From a virus (Duplodnaviria > Caudoviricetes), in IMG/VR virus record IMGVR_UViG_3300023115_000024, positions 1 through 57,755 of that record: a stretch of DNA of 57,755 bases. One strand, written 5' to 3'. Of the stretch, positions 1-10,085 are shown piece by piece. Under the pieces are notes generated by a model. It was not told where the DNA came from. It saw nothing but the letters and a program-made list of their open reading frames with translations, and made no database searches. The position numbers and the translations under genes were made by a program. Position 1 is the first letter of the stretch; each line of letters begins with the position of its first letter.

Positions 1-20
1 ATTGTTACAATTGATTACAA

Positions 21-185
21 TTACTCTGCTTTCCAGATAGTCCAAGCACCATACGCAATGGCACCGTAAGCTACTAGAGCAGCAATTGGCTTGAAGATAA
101 GGAACGCAATGCCTGCGCCTACTAGTACAGCACCGTCCATTGTTGTACGTTCTTTGAGTCTTGCATTAATCCATTTTTGAACCAT
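21..185 (-). CDS. small membrane protein (54 aa, possibly holin-like)
   Basis: Hand-translated MVQKWINARLKERTTMDGAVLVGAGIAFLIFKPIAALVAYGAIAYGAWTIWKAE; SD AAGGAG upstream; two hydrophobic segments. Below the ORF-track size cutoff. Confidence 0.65.
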   Translation of the reverse strand: MVQKWINARLKERTTMDGAVLVGAGIAFLIFKPIAALVAYGAIAYGAWTIWKAE

Positions 186-243
186 TTCTGTTCTCCTTCT
201 GTAAAATATTTATTAAATAATAGTTCCTTAAGGAGGAAAAATT

Positions 244-558
244 ATGACTATTGAATTAGTAATTGGTGCTGTAATTGTTGCAGTCGTGGTTGCTTTCTTT
301 CTATTCAGGCAACCCGCCCAGGAAAATCCTGTAGTTGAAGCAGTTAATGCCGTTACCGCAGAACCTGAGCCCACAAAAGTAGAAACAGTTGTTGAAGTCG
401 ACGCAAAGACTGTTAAAGTTACTAAGGCGAGTTTGTCAAAACTAACCAAGCAAGGTTTGGAAGATTTTGCAAAAGCGAACTACGGTGTGGACATTGACAA
501 GCGTAAAAAGAAAGACGTGCTAGTTAAAGAAGTTCTAGCTATTTCTAAGAAGGCTTAA
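244..558 (+). CDS. membrane-anchored protein with C-terminal HeH/Rho-N-like helical motif
   Basis: SD AGGAGG; N-terminal TM helix; C-terminal LSKLTKQGLEDFAK...DKRKKKDVLVKEV pattern. Confidence 0.6.
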   Translation: MTIELVIGAVIVAVVVAFFLFRQPAQENPVVEAVNAVTAEPEPTKVETVVEVDAKTVKVTKASLSKLTKQGLEDFAKANYGVDIDKRKKKDVLVKEVLAISKKA

Positions 559-832
559 TAAGGCCTTTCAACTGCTCAATAGCAGTCTCACAGCGAGTTA
601 GCTTTCTTTCTAAAACACTGATAGCTGCTCGCTGTTTTCTTGATTGTTCTTCCAACGAGCGTACATATTCTACAGTGGGAATTTCTTGCTGAGAACCATC
701 TTCTGACATCATAACAAACTTATCAACACCTTGTGCTTTCAGTCCGCCAGTTACTCTGTTAGGATTTTTGTTAGATGATGATTGGGTCTGGGCCGGTGAC
801 TTCCTGCCGTACATCTGATTCAAATAGCTCAT
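545..832 (-). CDS. hypothetical coiled-coil protein
   Basis: Start MSYLNQ has SD GGAGG; C-terminal heptad pattern; overlaps the uvdE 3' end. Confidence 0.6.
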   Translation of the reverse strand: MSYLNQMYGRKSPAQTQSSSNKNPNRVTGGLKAQGVDKFVMMSEDGSQQEIPTVEYVRSLEEQSRKQRAAISVLERKLTRCETAIEQLKGLIKPS

Positions 833-1898
833 TGTCGTCCTCCATACTGTATTTATATAGTGCAATACTTGCAAGATTTTTTGCCTTAGACTCGACCATA
901 ATGTCTGCATAAGGTAAAAACTCTAGTGCCCAGTCGTTAACAGCATCGTTCCACATAAAGTCTGAGTGAGCTCTTAGTTTTGCTTTTTTGTATCCTTGCT
1001 CAAGGAGCGTTTGGAAATCGGGTCGAACATCTCGTGGTAGGTGTCCGATATGCTCTTCCCTTGACACCGAATAGTGTATAACAGGACGTACACCACGCCA
1101 GCTGTCAATAATGCGATTAAAACGCTCATCAGTAGGTTCAATATATTCTCCTCCGCTATTACACCAATGATGATGTATATCTAGGACCAAAGCGAGATCG
1201 TCTGCAAGCTCAAGCGATGCGTCGATTCCCCATTTGTTTTCGTCGTTTTCGATTGTAATACAGTTTCGTGCCTCAGGCGTGAGGCGTTTAAGCGCGGCTT
1301 TAATACCGGCTGGACCTTGTCTACCTGAGATGTGGACGTTGCACTTGAAGTCTTGGAACTGTTTACCGTAGCCCATCCACCTCGCGACATTGATGTGATA
1401 CTCAAACTCATCTACTGATCTTTCGACGATTTCTGGACTATCTGAAGCAAGGACTGTAAATTGGCCTGGGTGCATTGAGAGCCTAACATCAAGTTCTCTG
1501 GCTCGTTCTCCAACTTTTGCGAATTCTTGTTCACAGTACGCAACCACATCAGGACGGCGCCAAAAATAACACCAAGTAGGCTCGGTATAAACAGGAAGTA
1601 CATCACTACCCAGTCTGACCATTCTAAGGCTAGGGGGAAGATTTCCAACATACTCTATAAGTCTCCCATAGGACGCTATGTTATGGACCATAATATCCCA
1701 CAAGCGTTCTTCAGCAACATCTACAGTTTGACGGTTAAGCCACTGCACTGTTGTTGCTCTAGTATTTAGCGGTCGTTGTATCTCTTCTAACAGCTTCTTT
1801 TTTTGTGTTTGGTCTGGATGCATGTACTTGCAAGCAAAACCAATACGCCCTTGTGTAGTTTTCATATAATCACCACATGTAGTAAATTTTAAGTCCAT
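771..1898 (-). CDS. uvsE: UV damage endonuclease UvdE/UvsE
   Basis: Motifs RIGFAC, RLSMHPGQF, IENDE, LVLDIHHH, RAHSD, DIMVESKAK. Confidence 0.92.
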   Translation of the reverse strand: MDLKFTTCGDYMKTTQGRIGFACKYMHPDQTQKKKLLEEIQRPLNTRATTVQWLNRQTVDVAEERLWDIMVHNIASYGRLIEYVGNLPPSLRMVRLGSDVLPVYTEPTWCYFWRRPDVVAYCEQEFAKVGERARELDVRLSMHPGQFTVLASDSPEIVERSVDEFEYHINVARWMGYGKQFQDFKCNVHISGRQGPAGIKAALKRLTPEARNCITIENDENKWGIDASLELADDLALVLDIHHHWCNSGGEYIEPTDERFNRIIDSWRGVRPVIHYSVSREEHIGHLPRDVRPDFQTLLEQGYKKAKLRAHSDFMWNDAVNDWALEFLPYADIMVESKAKNLASIALYKYSMEDDNELFESDVRQEVTGPDPIII

Positions 1899-1914
1899 AG
1901 TTTATTATAACACC

Positions 1915-2790
1915 TTATTGCCAATTGTCAATCACCCATTTATCTTTACAGTTATGTGGATTTGGATCTCCGTGGAATACTGCTATAGCAGTTTTCTCCT
2001 TTATAATAGGATCGCCATTGATGGCAAAATCTCGTTTGCCTCGTGGTTTTTTGTCAAATGCAGGTTTGCCCCGCATCTCCCACTTGTAACTTTGTATCCA
2101 CTCGTCGGGCCAATAGTTAAAATTTTGAGTAACACACACTCTAATCCAGTCCTGATCACCGTGATACCTTTTCATTATACTATCAGCGTTTGCTATAAAG
2201 TTTCTCCATACTTCTGAATGTTGTCCTGTGTTAATACGAAACACACTACTATTGAATTTGCTATAGTCTTTGATAGCATATCTGTTAAAGTCACGTATAA
2301 TATAAAATTGATTCGGATCGTGTGTAAAAAGATTATCTATGTTTCTAAAAATAATCATATCTAAATCTAAAAATAATATAGTGCCTTTAAGGGGTAGATT
2401 AGGATCAAAAAAGTAAGGTTTGAACCACCAACCGGATAATGCGTGTGAAGGTAGGGGTTCTATGCGTATGTTATCATCGATACCGTTTGAATCTTCTGTA
2501 AAGCAAACAAATTCATAATCTATAGTTAAATTACGCTTAACCATATTGTATAATTTGTTTACATAGTCAGCAGAATATTTGTCACCGTACTTAAGGCATA
2601 CTACATAATTTTTATGCGCAGGCCTATACACTCTAGTAGAAGGTGCTGCCTCTATATTTTGTACCTTAACGGGCTCAACACTTTTTTGCGGCAGAATTTC
2701 CACAGCGTCTACAGTTTTCTGCGCCTTCTCTATAGCCTTACGAGCTTTCCGCTGTTCTTTAGTTTCGCCTGGTATGTACTTCTTGGCCAA
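1915..2790 (-). CDS. glycosyltransferase-like protein (GT-A fold)
   Basis: VCLKYGDKYSADYVNKL, LFLDLD (DxD), FNSS, GDQDW and VFHGDPNP motifs. Confidence 0.75.
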   Translation of the reverse strand: MAKKYIPGETKEQRKARKAIEKAQKTVDAVEILPQKSVEPVKVQNIEAAPSTRVYRPAHKNYVVCLKYGDKYSADYVNKLYNMVKRNLTIDYEFVCFTEDSNGIDDNIRIEPLPSHALSGWWFKPYFFDPNLPLKGTILFLDLDMIIFRNIDNLFTHDPNQFYIIRDFNRYAIKDYSKFNSSVFRINTGQHSEVWRNFIANADSIMKRYHGDQDWIRVCVTQNFNYWPDEWIQSYKWEMRGKPAFDKKPRGKRDFAINGDPIIKEKTAIAVFHGDPNPHNCKDKWVIDNWQ

Positions 2791-2792
2791 AA

Positions 2793-3242
2793 TTACGCCT
2801 CATAAATAGCTGAGTTTGCTCCATGTTCTGCACACTCTACCCGTACAACATAACAGCGATTTTCTGTTTTTTCTCTAATTAGTTTATCTGCAAAATTAAA
2901 TGCATGTTCCGCAAACTTCTCTGCACCTACACCATCAAAAACACGAACTTCTGCAAGTCCTTTATCTTGTAAATCAAACAAGTCCATCAGATGAGGATCT
3001 TTGTTGTCTGCACAAACTTTGTGATCAAACATATCTTCTAGCCAAGCTTTCAAAGGTTTTAGTCCTCCAAAGTCTACGGCCCAGTTTTTGTTGTCTAGAT
3101 GATCACAACCAAATGTAAACGTAAATGCTAGACTGTATCCGTGTAGCAAATGACAGTGTGAATGATCTGCGTTGGGTTGACGAAACACTGCTGATAAGCC
3201 AATGTTGTGTCCGTAATGTTTTGTTGAATAGTGTTTTGCCAT
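2793..3242 (-). CDS. queD: 6-carboxy-5,6,7,8-tetrahydropterin synthase (QueD/PTPS family)
   Basis: CHLLHGYS, VDFGGLK, FDH and terminal E.GANSA motifs. Confidence 0.85.
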   Translation of the reverse strand: MAKHYSTKHYGHNIGLSAVFRQPNADHSHCHLLHGYSLAFTFTFGCDHLDNKNWAVDFGGLKPLKAWLEDMFDHKVCADNKDPHLMDLFDLQDKGLAEVRVFDGVGAEKFAEHAFNFADKLIREKTENRCYVVRVECAEHGANSAIYEA

Positions 3243-3309
3243 AATTATCTCCTGTATAATATAGCGGCAGAATTAGAAGGGATGACGCCAAGTCCTGTTA
3301 TTAATATGT

Positions 3310-3338
3310 ATTATATTATATGTTTGTAAGGTTGTCAA
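3310..3338 (-). promoter_or_regulatory. sigma70-type promoter of queD
   Basis: TTGACA-17 bp-TATAAT on the minus strand. Confidence 0.8.
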
Positions 3339-3897
3339 CCTTTACATTAGACTTTTTCCATGCTTTAGGACATTGCCATCCTTGCAACTGATAGATTGTA
3401 AATTGTATTTTTGTGTAGTTCTCAAAGACTTTACCTATTTGATAAATCCAGTATCTAGGATCAACAGCACTTTTTTCACTTACAGAATAATTAGGTGTAT
3501 CTTTATATACGTTGTTTACTTTTCCATCTACTCCATACAAATCAAAACCTAACAACCCTACTTTGTTGTTTTTAGTAAGAGTAGCAGCTAATAGCACAGC
3601 ATACGGACCACTACCCCAGTGCTGTGGTAGATCGGGTCTTTCAAACCCTGCATACGGAAGACTAGGAACAATTCTTAATCTTTTGGCCTGAAATGCTGTG
3701 AAAAGATTTTCTCTTGTGTATACTAAACTGTTGTAGTTTGCGCCAGAGTCTAATGCCTCAGATATCATACGATTATCAACGCAAACCAAATGTTCTATGT
3801 CATAGTCTCTGTATATTGCATTACAGCCTACTTTTGACTGGTCAATAGAATCTATATCTATAGCCTTGCGGCTTTCCCCATTTCCTATTGCAATCAT
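3316..3897 (-). CDS. DUF115/MptE-like Rossmann protein (possible glycosyltransferase-related)
   Basis: IGNGESR, GCNAIYRD, SGPYA and LLGFD motifs. Confidence 0.6.
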   Translation of the reverse strand: MIAIGNGESRKAIDIDSIDQSKVGCNAIYRDYDIEHLVCVDNRMISEALDSGANYNSLVYTRENLFTAFQAKRLRIVPSLPYAGFERPDLPQHWGSGPYAVLLAATLTKNNKVGLLGFDLYGVDGKVNNVYKDTPNYSVSEKSAVDPRYWIYQIGKVFENYTKIQFTIYQLQGWQCPKAWKKSNVKVDNLTNI

Positions 3898-4196
3898 AGG
3901 CTTTCTTTTACTTCTTTTTTGATTTCTTTTAGATCTGAATCTACTTTTTCGATCTTATCTACAGTTTGTCCTAAAACCCCTGTAACTTTTGCTATAGTAT
4001 ACAAAGTCCACCACCACCAAACTACAGCAATCATAAACATAAATGAAGATAAAATTATGATAGCAATATCATAATATGTGTCCGTCCCTATAAAATTTAT
4101 AAGGAATAGTGTTACCAGAGCAGTAGGTGGCATTACAGTTGCGGCCCATGCCCACCATTTGATTTCTAACAGTGCCTTTTTGTGAAAATTTTTCAT
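3894..4196 (-). CDS. two-TM membrane protein
   Basis: Two hydrophobic helices and a C-terminal coiled coil. Confidence 0.6.
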   Translation of the reverse strand: MKNFHKKALLEIKWWAWAATVMPPTALVTLFLINFIGTDTYYDIAIIILSSFMFMIAVVWWWWTLYTIAKVTGVLGQTVDKIEKVDSDLKEIKKEVKESL

Positions 4197-4250
4197 AGCC
4201 TATCTCCTTGCCTTTGCAAATTATTTATTAGTGCAATTCTAAGAATTAAG

Positions 4251-5114
4251 TTATGATTTTATTTGACCAAAAGGTTTCCATTCGCCTGGAGTACCTGATT
4301 GTACACAAATCCAACCTACATAACCTGTTGGTTTTGGATCTGTATTCCATACAATAGCACCTTTCTTATATGTGCCTGCATCAGGTGCATCTGTTCCAGA
4401 TGACATTTTTGTTTGTTGGAAACTTATTGGTCCTCTTACAGCAAGATCTACATCTTCAGGAACATTATTGACGTTGATTCCAAGTTTTGCTGTAACAGTA
4501 GTATCGTTGTGTAATACTGTATGACCGCTGGCGCTTATTGTGATTCTAGGTGAATTATCAGTTACAATAGATAAATTTGAATAACTGTAATTACCTAATT
4601 TAGTACCTTCTTCGTCAGAATCAATAACAAAGTCACTATCGTAAGAAACAATGTTTATTGTACCTTTCGGACTTTCTGTGCCAATACCGATGCTTTGACT
4701 ATCTGAATTGTAAAAGATAGTTTCATCTAAATTAAGATTACCTTGTGTTCTAAGATTTTGAAGCACACCAACTTTGACAAGATTAGATGTTCTAACGGTT
4801 TTACCAAGTTCTTCTGCAGAAAGAACAGGAACGTTCCCAATCATATATGATTGTTCTTGATCAATATCAATGCTTTCTGTTGACCAAAGACGATCAGGAT
4901 TTCCTCTGTAAATAAACTGTCTTGCACGGTTTTCAGCTGTCCAAACAAGGCCCTTGCCATAGATGCTTTGTTCATTTTCGCTGTTAAAATTAATTGATAC
5001 AAGACTCTGCATCCGAACATCGTTATTCGTAATTGCATCGTTTAAAATGTTTTTTAATGAGTCTGCAATATTTTCTACCGCAGCATCTAATTGTTTAGTG
5101 TCAATGTTCTTCAT
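4251..5114 (-). CDS. putative virion structural/tail-fibre-like protein
   Basis: IGIGTESP repeat-type motif and C-terminal GWICVQSGTPGEWKPFG typical of tail fibre/spike ends; start placed after a TAAATA box. Confidence 0.55.
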   Translation of the reverse strand: MKNIDTKQLDAAVENIADSLKNILNDAITNNDVRMQSLVSINFNSENEQSIYGKGLVWTAENRARQFIYRGNPDRLWSTESIDIDQEQSYMIGNVPVLSAEELGKTVRTSNLVKVGVLQNLRTQGNLNLDETIFYNSDSQSIGIGTESPKGTINIVSYDSDFVIDSDEEGTKLGNYSYSNLSIVTDNSPRITISASGHTVLHNDTTVTAKLGINVNNVPEDVDLAVRGPISFQQTKMSSGTDAPDAGTYKKGAIVWNTDPKPTGYVGWICVQSGTPGEWKPFGQIKS

Positions 5115-5125
5115 ACAATTATTTA

Positions 5126-6388
5126 TCAAGAAACCTTGAGAAGCACTGTATCTAGATTAATTCTACCATTAAGTTTTGTGTCTGTAGTGTTTATATTATC
5201 TAAAAATTTACGTAATGCAACTTTTCCTGCTGCTTTGAACTCTTTCAATTGTTCATCAGGTTTGCGTAGTGTTTTTTGTAGGCTTAGATTTTCGTCAAAA
5301 CCTTGAATAGTTGTGCCTTTAACACTAAATCCTGTTCCTTCTCTGTTCATTCCTTTAGGATCAATATTGCTTGCTATATATTTGCCAAGTTTTCGTGTTT
5401 TAACATTAAATACCCATAACTCGTTAGCACCTATCAAGGAAGCAGGATCAACACTTGCTAGTGAGTACTTAGGATCAGCTTTACAGAACTTCAATTTTTC
5501 TACCTGCTTAGATGCTGAACGCACCTTAGGCTTGCGCGGCTTACGTGTAGCCTTTGCTTTTTCAATAATAAAATCTAATTCAGTCATTAAACTATCGATT
5601 GCTGTGCGGTATTTCTTGATATCTGCCTTTTTTAGATGTGCATAACCTTCTTTTAGTTGTTCCCACAAATCTGCTTCTTGTTCATCCATCTTTGCCAACT
5701 GTCCTTTTGTTGGCATGCGCTCAAGTTCATCAAAATCACTTAATGCAGTTTCGTAAAGTGTTTTCATTTTACGTGCATGAGCTTGGCTAGGCTGTTGTTT
5801 GGCAAAATGGCGTTGTATGTCAAACCCTTTTGGGTCAAAGGCACTAGGATCTTCTGTCCATTTGTCTAACCATTCATCTACATCTTCTAGCATATCGTAC
5901 GCTTGGTCACGTATACGTTCTTGTATAGACGGAACATACTTTTTCTTTGCAGGTTGTTCTTCCTCATTAACTTCTTCAACAACCTTTTCACCTTTAGCGA
6001 TACATTCTTCTGCCCACGTGTGTAGATAGTGCGAATGCGGTTTCATCTCTCCGCCTGTGCCAGGTAGTGATTCCCAATATTCCTTATATGCAGGGTTTAT
6101 ATCAGGACAACCATCTTGGAGTATTCTAGCATATGTACCAAAGTTAGGGCGAGGATTACCTTTTTTAGCAGCCGCAATTTGATCTTTTGTATAACCATTA
6201 TCTTTCATCCAACTAAAGAAATAAGGAATAAGATCCGCAGGCTTATATTCTTGGTAGTAAAAATCTACAGCAATTCTCTGTAATCTTCCAAAGGCATCTG
6301 GCGACAGTTTTTCCCAGCCATCAAAGCTAGGTCCTGCTAGTTTGCCGCCACGGCGCCGAGGTGCTGCTTTTACTTTTTTACGTGCCAT
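5126..6388 (-). CDS. conserved hypothetical phage protein (420 aa)
   Basis: Long ORF with SD GGAG and its own sigma70 promoter (6417-6445). Confidence 0.7.
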   Translation of the reverse strand: MARKKVKAAPRRRGGKLAGPSFDGWEKLSPDAFGRLQRIAVDFYYQEYKPADLIPYFFSWMKDNGYTKDQIAAAKKGNPRPNFGTYARILQDGCPDINPAYKEYWESLPGTGGEMKPHSHYLHTWAEECIAKGEKVVEEVNEEEQPAKKKYVPSIQERIRDQAYDMLEDVDEWLDKWTEDPSAFDPKGFDIQRHFAKQQPSQAHARKMKTLYETALSDFDELERMPTKGQLAKMDEQEADLWEQLKEGYAHLKKADIKKYRTAIDSLMTELDFIIEKAKATRKPRKPKVRSASKQVEKLKFCKADPKYSLASVDPASLIGANELWVFNVKTRKLGKYIASNIDPKGMNREGTGFSVKGTTIQGFDENLSLQKTLRKPDEQLKEFKAAGKVALRKFLDNINTTDTKLNGRINLDTVLLKVS

Positions 6389-6416
6389 AAAGATACTCTC
6401 CTAACAATGTTTTGCT

Positions 6417-6445
6417 AGTATATATGTTTGTTTACAAAATGTCAA
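6417..6445 (-). promoter_or_regulatory. sigma70-type promoter
   Basis: TTGACA-17 bp-TATACT. Confidence 0.7.
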
Positions 6446-6839
6446 GTATTTTTTCTGAATCTTCTGTCCAGTATACTTTTGTAATACCGTAATTCTCGAT
6501 TACATTTGCACAGCCTTCACAAGGTTTAGCAAGCCCATGTACCCACGTCTTAGACCATGTATAAGGTCGTTTAACACGTACTATGTGTAGCTCGCACTGT
6601 TTGAGCTGCTCTGCTGTAATCAAGCGTAGTGCGCTTCGTATTGCGTCTACTTCAGCGTGTCTAAAACGCTGATCGTTACGATAACCTTGTGTAAGCATTA
6701 AAGGGTGTGTTTTAGGCTGGTTTACACCTGTTGCAATAAGATGTCGCTTGTACACAATACCAGCAGCCATAGGAACACGTTGTCCCCATCCTCCTGATTC
6801 AATCGCAAGACGAGTCAACATTTGCGTGATTCTAGACAT
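6432..6839 (-). CDS. cytidine/dCMP deaminase-superfamily zinc enzyme
   Basis: HAE and PCEGC zinc-binding motifs. Confidence 0.8.
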   Translation of the reverse strand: MSRITQMLTRLAIESGGWGQRVPMAAGIVYKRHLIATGVNQPKTHPLMLTQGYRNDQRFRHAEVDAIRSALRLITAEQLKQCELHIVRVKRPYTWSKTWVHGLAKPCEGCANVIENYGITKVYWTEDSEKILDIL

Positions 6840-7255
6840 TAGTCCCAAAGACCTTCGTAGTATTTTCCAAATAGCTTAAAACCGTTTGAGATACGTTCTT
6901 GTTCTTTTTGCATTGCGTCTCTTTCTGTTGCTATATCGAAACGCATATATACTTCTTCTTTGGTAACTTTAGAATCAAATGCGTATATCATTTCGTCTAA
7001 CACCCAATCCCAACGCTTGTGCCAATTGTCGTCAGTGTCCCACTCATTCTCTTTGGCAGGAGCAGAAGTTGAACGTAGTTCTTCTGGTACATCTTCATCA
7101 TCTACACTAGGAGAACCGTGTTTTGTTTTTTGTAATTGCTGAAGCATAGGTAACACAATCATAGCAAGTGTATAATCCATACTCCAAGTGTCAAACGGCT
7201 CTATTTCAATCCGTTCTGCTCTGTTCTTTCTATATGGGCCAATTCTAACCTTCAC
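6839..7255 (-). CDS. hypothetical phage protein
   Basis: DTWSMDYTLA...WDWVLDEMIYAF...GLWD pattern resembles proteins common in T4-like phages. Confidence 0.7.
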   Translation of the reverse strand: MKVRIGPYRKNRAERIEIEPFDTWSMDYTLAMIVLPMLQQLQKTKHGSPSVDDEDVPEELRSTSAPAKENEWDTDDNWHKRWDWVLDEMIYAFDSKVTKEEVYMRFDIATERDAMQKEQERISNGFKLFGKYYEGLWD

Positions 7256-7290
7256 GTTCTAAATCCCAGATACAGCGTGGGTTTTCATAC

Positions 7291-8598
7291 TTATAACTTT
7301 TCGTGTACCGCGAATCCTCTAAAGGTTTTAAATCGAGGAAACCGTAACGAATAAGTACCGTCTTGATTTTGTGTAATAGCATCTGCTCTTACCTCTACTA
7401 AATTTCCGATAATGCTGTTGCGACTATTCCAGAAATCATCACGATTAGCATCAGTGAAACCACTACCGACATTAACAGTAATTTGTCTGTCATCGTCGAC
7501 TCCTTCGCATACAAACGCCCCAAGGCGCCCTTCGTTGCGACCAGTACCTTCTTCAATTTCTTTTACCTCCAATGTCACTTCAATAAACGGCTTTGCTTTT
7601 AGCCAAGCGTGTGTACGCTTACATTCGTACGGTGCATCTGGATCTTTGATCATTACACCCTCGTATCCACCGTCTACAGCCGCTTTATTAAGCTCTGTAA
7701 AGCGTGTTTGTCCTTCAGGAGTGTCTAAGTCTACATCTTCCCAATCCAGTGCTTGTACGTGCTCTAAGACGTCTTTATTTTGCTCTACCCATACGCTAAC
7801 ATATTGACTTCTAACGTGTTGTGGTTTGTCCCATACACCTTGTTGAAAGTTTTCTAGAGGAACTATATCAAACAAATGTAGTACAGCATCATTTGCTTCT
7901 ACATTCTCTTTGCGATGCACTTGCTTCATAAGATCTTGGAAGTTAGCACTCATTACTTCGCCATCTAGAACAAGATCATACGGAACAGGTTTCTTAGCAA
8001 TTACTTGTTCAATCTCTGCAATGATGTGTCCAAAGTTGTGAAACTGTTTTCCGTTACGGCTAAACATTTCTACTTTGTTGCCTTGAATAACTGTAATAAC
8101 ACGAACACCATCTAGTTTAATTTCAATCTGCTTTTGACCTACCATTTTCTTTTCGTGCTTGGCTGAGTCGTGTGCAAGAGCGCAAGTGAACACAGGAACA
8201 GTACCTGGTGCTACTTTGTTTACAGTTTTTTCGCTTACACCACAACGTAGGTCTTTGATAAGTATTCTGCGGTACCAACCGTTCCATTGTTCAGTTGTAG
8301 CAACACTCATTGCTAGTTCAATAGCATCACGAGCGGCGTGTCCTGTTAGTTCGCGATTTTGTAGTTTTTCTGCAAGTTCTTTAAACACAGGCCACGCAAG
8401 TCCTTGTCCAGTTAGCACGTCTGAGCGTTCTGGTACTTGCTTTACACCAAATGTTACAAGCGGATCAAGTGCCATCGTAAGACCTTCAAAGAACTCTGGA
8501 AGTCCTTCGTCCATTGCTTCTAGCAATAGTGCTTCTTTAGCTAGACGACTATTGTCTGCTTCTAGTTTAGCGATAATATTTTGTGGTTGTGTTCTCAT
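7291..8598 (-). CDS. lig: ATP-dependent DNA ligase
   Basis: KLDGVR (motif I), LDGE, EGVMIK, WLKAK, OB-fold VGSGF and SLRFPRF. Confidence 0.95.
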   Translation of the reverse strand: MRTQPQNIIAKLEADNSRLAKEALLLEAMDEGLPEFFEGLTMALDPLVTFGVKQVPERSDVLTGQGLAWPVFKELAEKLQNRELTGHAARDAIELAMSVATTEQWNGWYRRILIKDLRCGVSEKTVNKVAPGTVPVFTCALAHDSAKHEKKMVGQKQIEIKLDGVRVITVIQGNKVEMFSRNGKQFHNFGHIIAEIEQVIAKKPVPYDLVLDGEVMSANFQDLMKQVHRKENVEANDAVLHLFDIVPLENFQQGVWDKPQHVRSQYVSVWVEQNKDVLEHVQALDWEDVDLDTPEGQTRFTELNKAAVDGGYEGVMIKDPDAPYECKRTHAWLKAKPFIEVTLEVKEIEEGTGRNEGRLGAFVCEGVDDDRQITVNVGSGFTDANRDDFWNSRNSIIGNLVEVRADAITQNQDGTYSLRFPRFKTFRGFAVHEKL

Positions 8599-8816
8599 TG
8601 CATTGCCCTTTCTACTTGTTTCAAAACTGCTTTTGAATGTTTACAATAACCGTGATAACCAAATCCCATACACTCGCACTCAAAACCTTTGTTAGTGAGT
8701 TCGACACCGTATGTTTTGCCTTTGGATCCCTCCATTGGCCATACGGTGCCTACCATCCAATGTCCTTCTGGATTGAACGCCGAGGGCTTCAAGTATTTTG
8801 CTTTGTATTTGCTCAT
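8595..8816 (-). CDS. SWIM zinc-finger protein
   Basis: CECxxxxxxxxCKH motif. Confidence 0.75.
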   Translation of the reverse strand: MSKYKAKYLKPSAFNPEGHWMVGTVWPMEGSKGKTYGVELTNKGFECECMGFGYHGYCKHSKAVLKQVERAMQ

Positions 8817-9328
8817 GCCATCAACTCCTCAACATTAATTGGTGTAAAGTTTATTTGCTCTACACAAACACATTTGTAAGGACCTTCTGGAGAAGGATTA
8901 CTGTGAACGTGTCCGTGCACGTTTATCACACTTTGTCCACCCCACCTTTTGGTTTCGCCTAATGTTTGAGCGTGTAATGGAGTGTGTGACAAAACCATAC
9001 CAGGTAAATCAATCCACAACTGCATGTCCTTAAAGAACGGCGCAAGGAATTTAAGATTATCGTGATTACCTACAACTAATCTTTTTTTTCCTGGCAACTT
9101 TGCAAAGTTAGCTTCTAACCATTCTACTTTGTTGTGGCCGAAAAGGACGTCACCGCAATGTATAACAGTATCTTGTGGCTTCACGGTGTCTGCCCAGTTG
9201 TCTAACATGCACTCGTTCATTTGCTCAACAGAATCAAACAGTCTAGGCGGTTTACCGCTAAGATCAGTGAATGAAAGTATGGCTTCGTGATTAAAGTGCG
9301 TATCACTTATTAAAAATGTGTTAGCCAT
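8813..9328 (-). CDS. calcineurin-like metallophosphoesterase
   Basis: SDTH, GD, GNHD and HGHVH motifs. Confidence 0.88.
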   Translation of the reverse strand: MANTFLISDTHFNHEAILSFTDLSGKPPRLFDSVEQMNECMLDNWADTVKPQDTVIHCGDVLFGHNKVEWLEANFAKLPGKKRLVVGNHDNLKFLAPFFKDMQLWIDLPGMVLSHTPLHAQTLGETKRWGGQSVINVHGHVHSNPSPEGPYKCVCVEQINFTPINVEELMA

Positions 9329-9364
9329 TGTGTGCCTCTGTATGTTTGCCTAATTAATGTATAT

Positions 9365-9393
9365 ATTATAGCAATAGATAGTGTATATGTCAA
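9365..9393 (-). promoter_or_regulatory. sigma70-type promoter
   Basis: TTGACA-17 bp-TATAAT. Confidence 0.8.
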
Positions 9394-9442
9394 CCATTAT
9401 TTGTCAAAAAGACACCAAAAGAAACATAAGACAATCAATGAC

Positions 9443-10063
9443 TTAGCTCTTTTGATATCTTTCTTTATAATATTGCTTGATAATTGAATAATCTCTAGCG
9501 TAAAACTTCTTTATTTTTTGTCTAAAAGCAGGATTTTTAGACACATAATTCTTAAGCCATTTTGTAGGAGCATGTTTTGCTTTTATTTCTTTTGCTTCGT
9601 TAGCATTCTCTATGTTCCCAGATTTTATATTATAATTTTCATATATTTCTTGAATGCCATTATCTTCTAAAACATAAAAGTCGCATTTATCAGGGTTAAT
9701 AAAATAACAATGTTCAAATTGCGGTACTGTATGTTCGTCAAAAATCATCTTGTCTAAATCTAAAGTTCTGATATCCTTATTATTTCTAACGCAGTATTCA
9801 ACAACACCACTTACCCAGCGCCTTAGAGGATCACGTAATAAAACAACGTAATTTATAATATGGCTATCATGGTTGTGCCTAGTAAATTCTCGCCTCCATG
9901 CATCTGAACAATTTCTACTTATAGTTTGTGACGCATTCTTAGGTATCAACAATATTGCTATACGACCTTTGCTTTTAGGTCTAGGACGATTACCTAGCCA
10001 ATGTCCGTGACACAAATCAGCTCTATATGTAGCAAATATTTTGGGATCTAATTTTAATTTCAT
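9443..10063 (-). CDS. sulfotransferase-family (Sulfotransfer_2-like) protein
   Basis: IPKNASQT (5'-PSB-like), LRDPLRRWVSG (3'-PB), HTVPQ and terminal YARDY. Confidence 0.65.
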   Translation of the reverse strand: MKLKLDPKIFATYRADLCHGHWLGNRPRPKSKGRIAILLIPKNASQTISRNCSDAWRREFTRHNHDSHIINYVVLLRDPLRRWVSGVVEYCVRNNKDIRTLDLDKMIFDEHTVPQFEHCYFINPDKCDFYVLEDNGIQEIYENYNIKSGNIENANEAKEIKAKHAPTKWLKNYVSKNPAFRQKIKKFYARDYSIIKQYYKERYQKS

Positions 10064-10085
10064 GCGTAAGTATTTACAAAAAAAG

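Noticed and set aside
7412-8695. Long plus-strand ORFs opposite the ligase, and similar ones opposite other genes
   Set aside because: Ser/Phe-rich antisense shadows of well-supported minus-strand genes, without SD or motifs.
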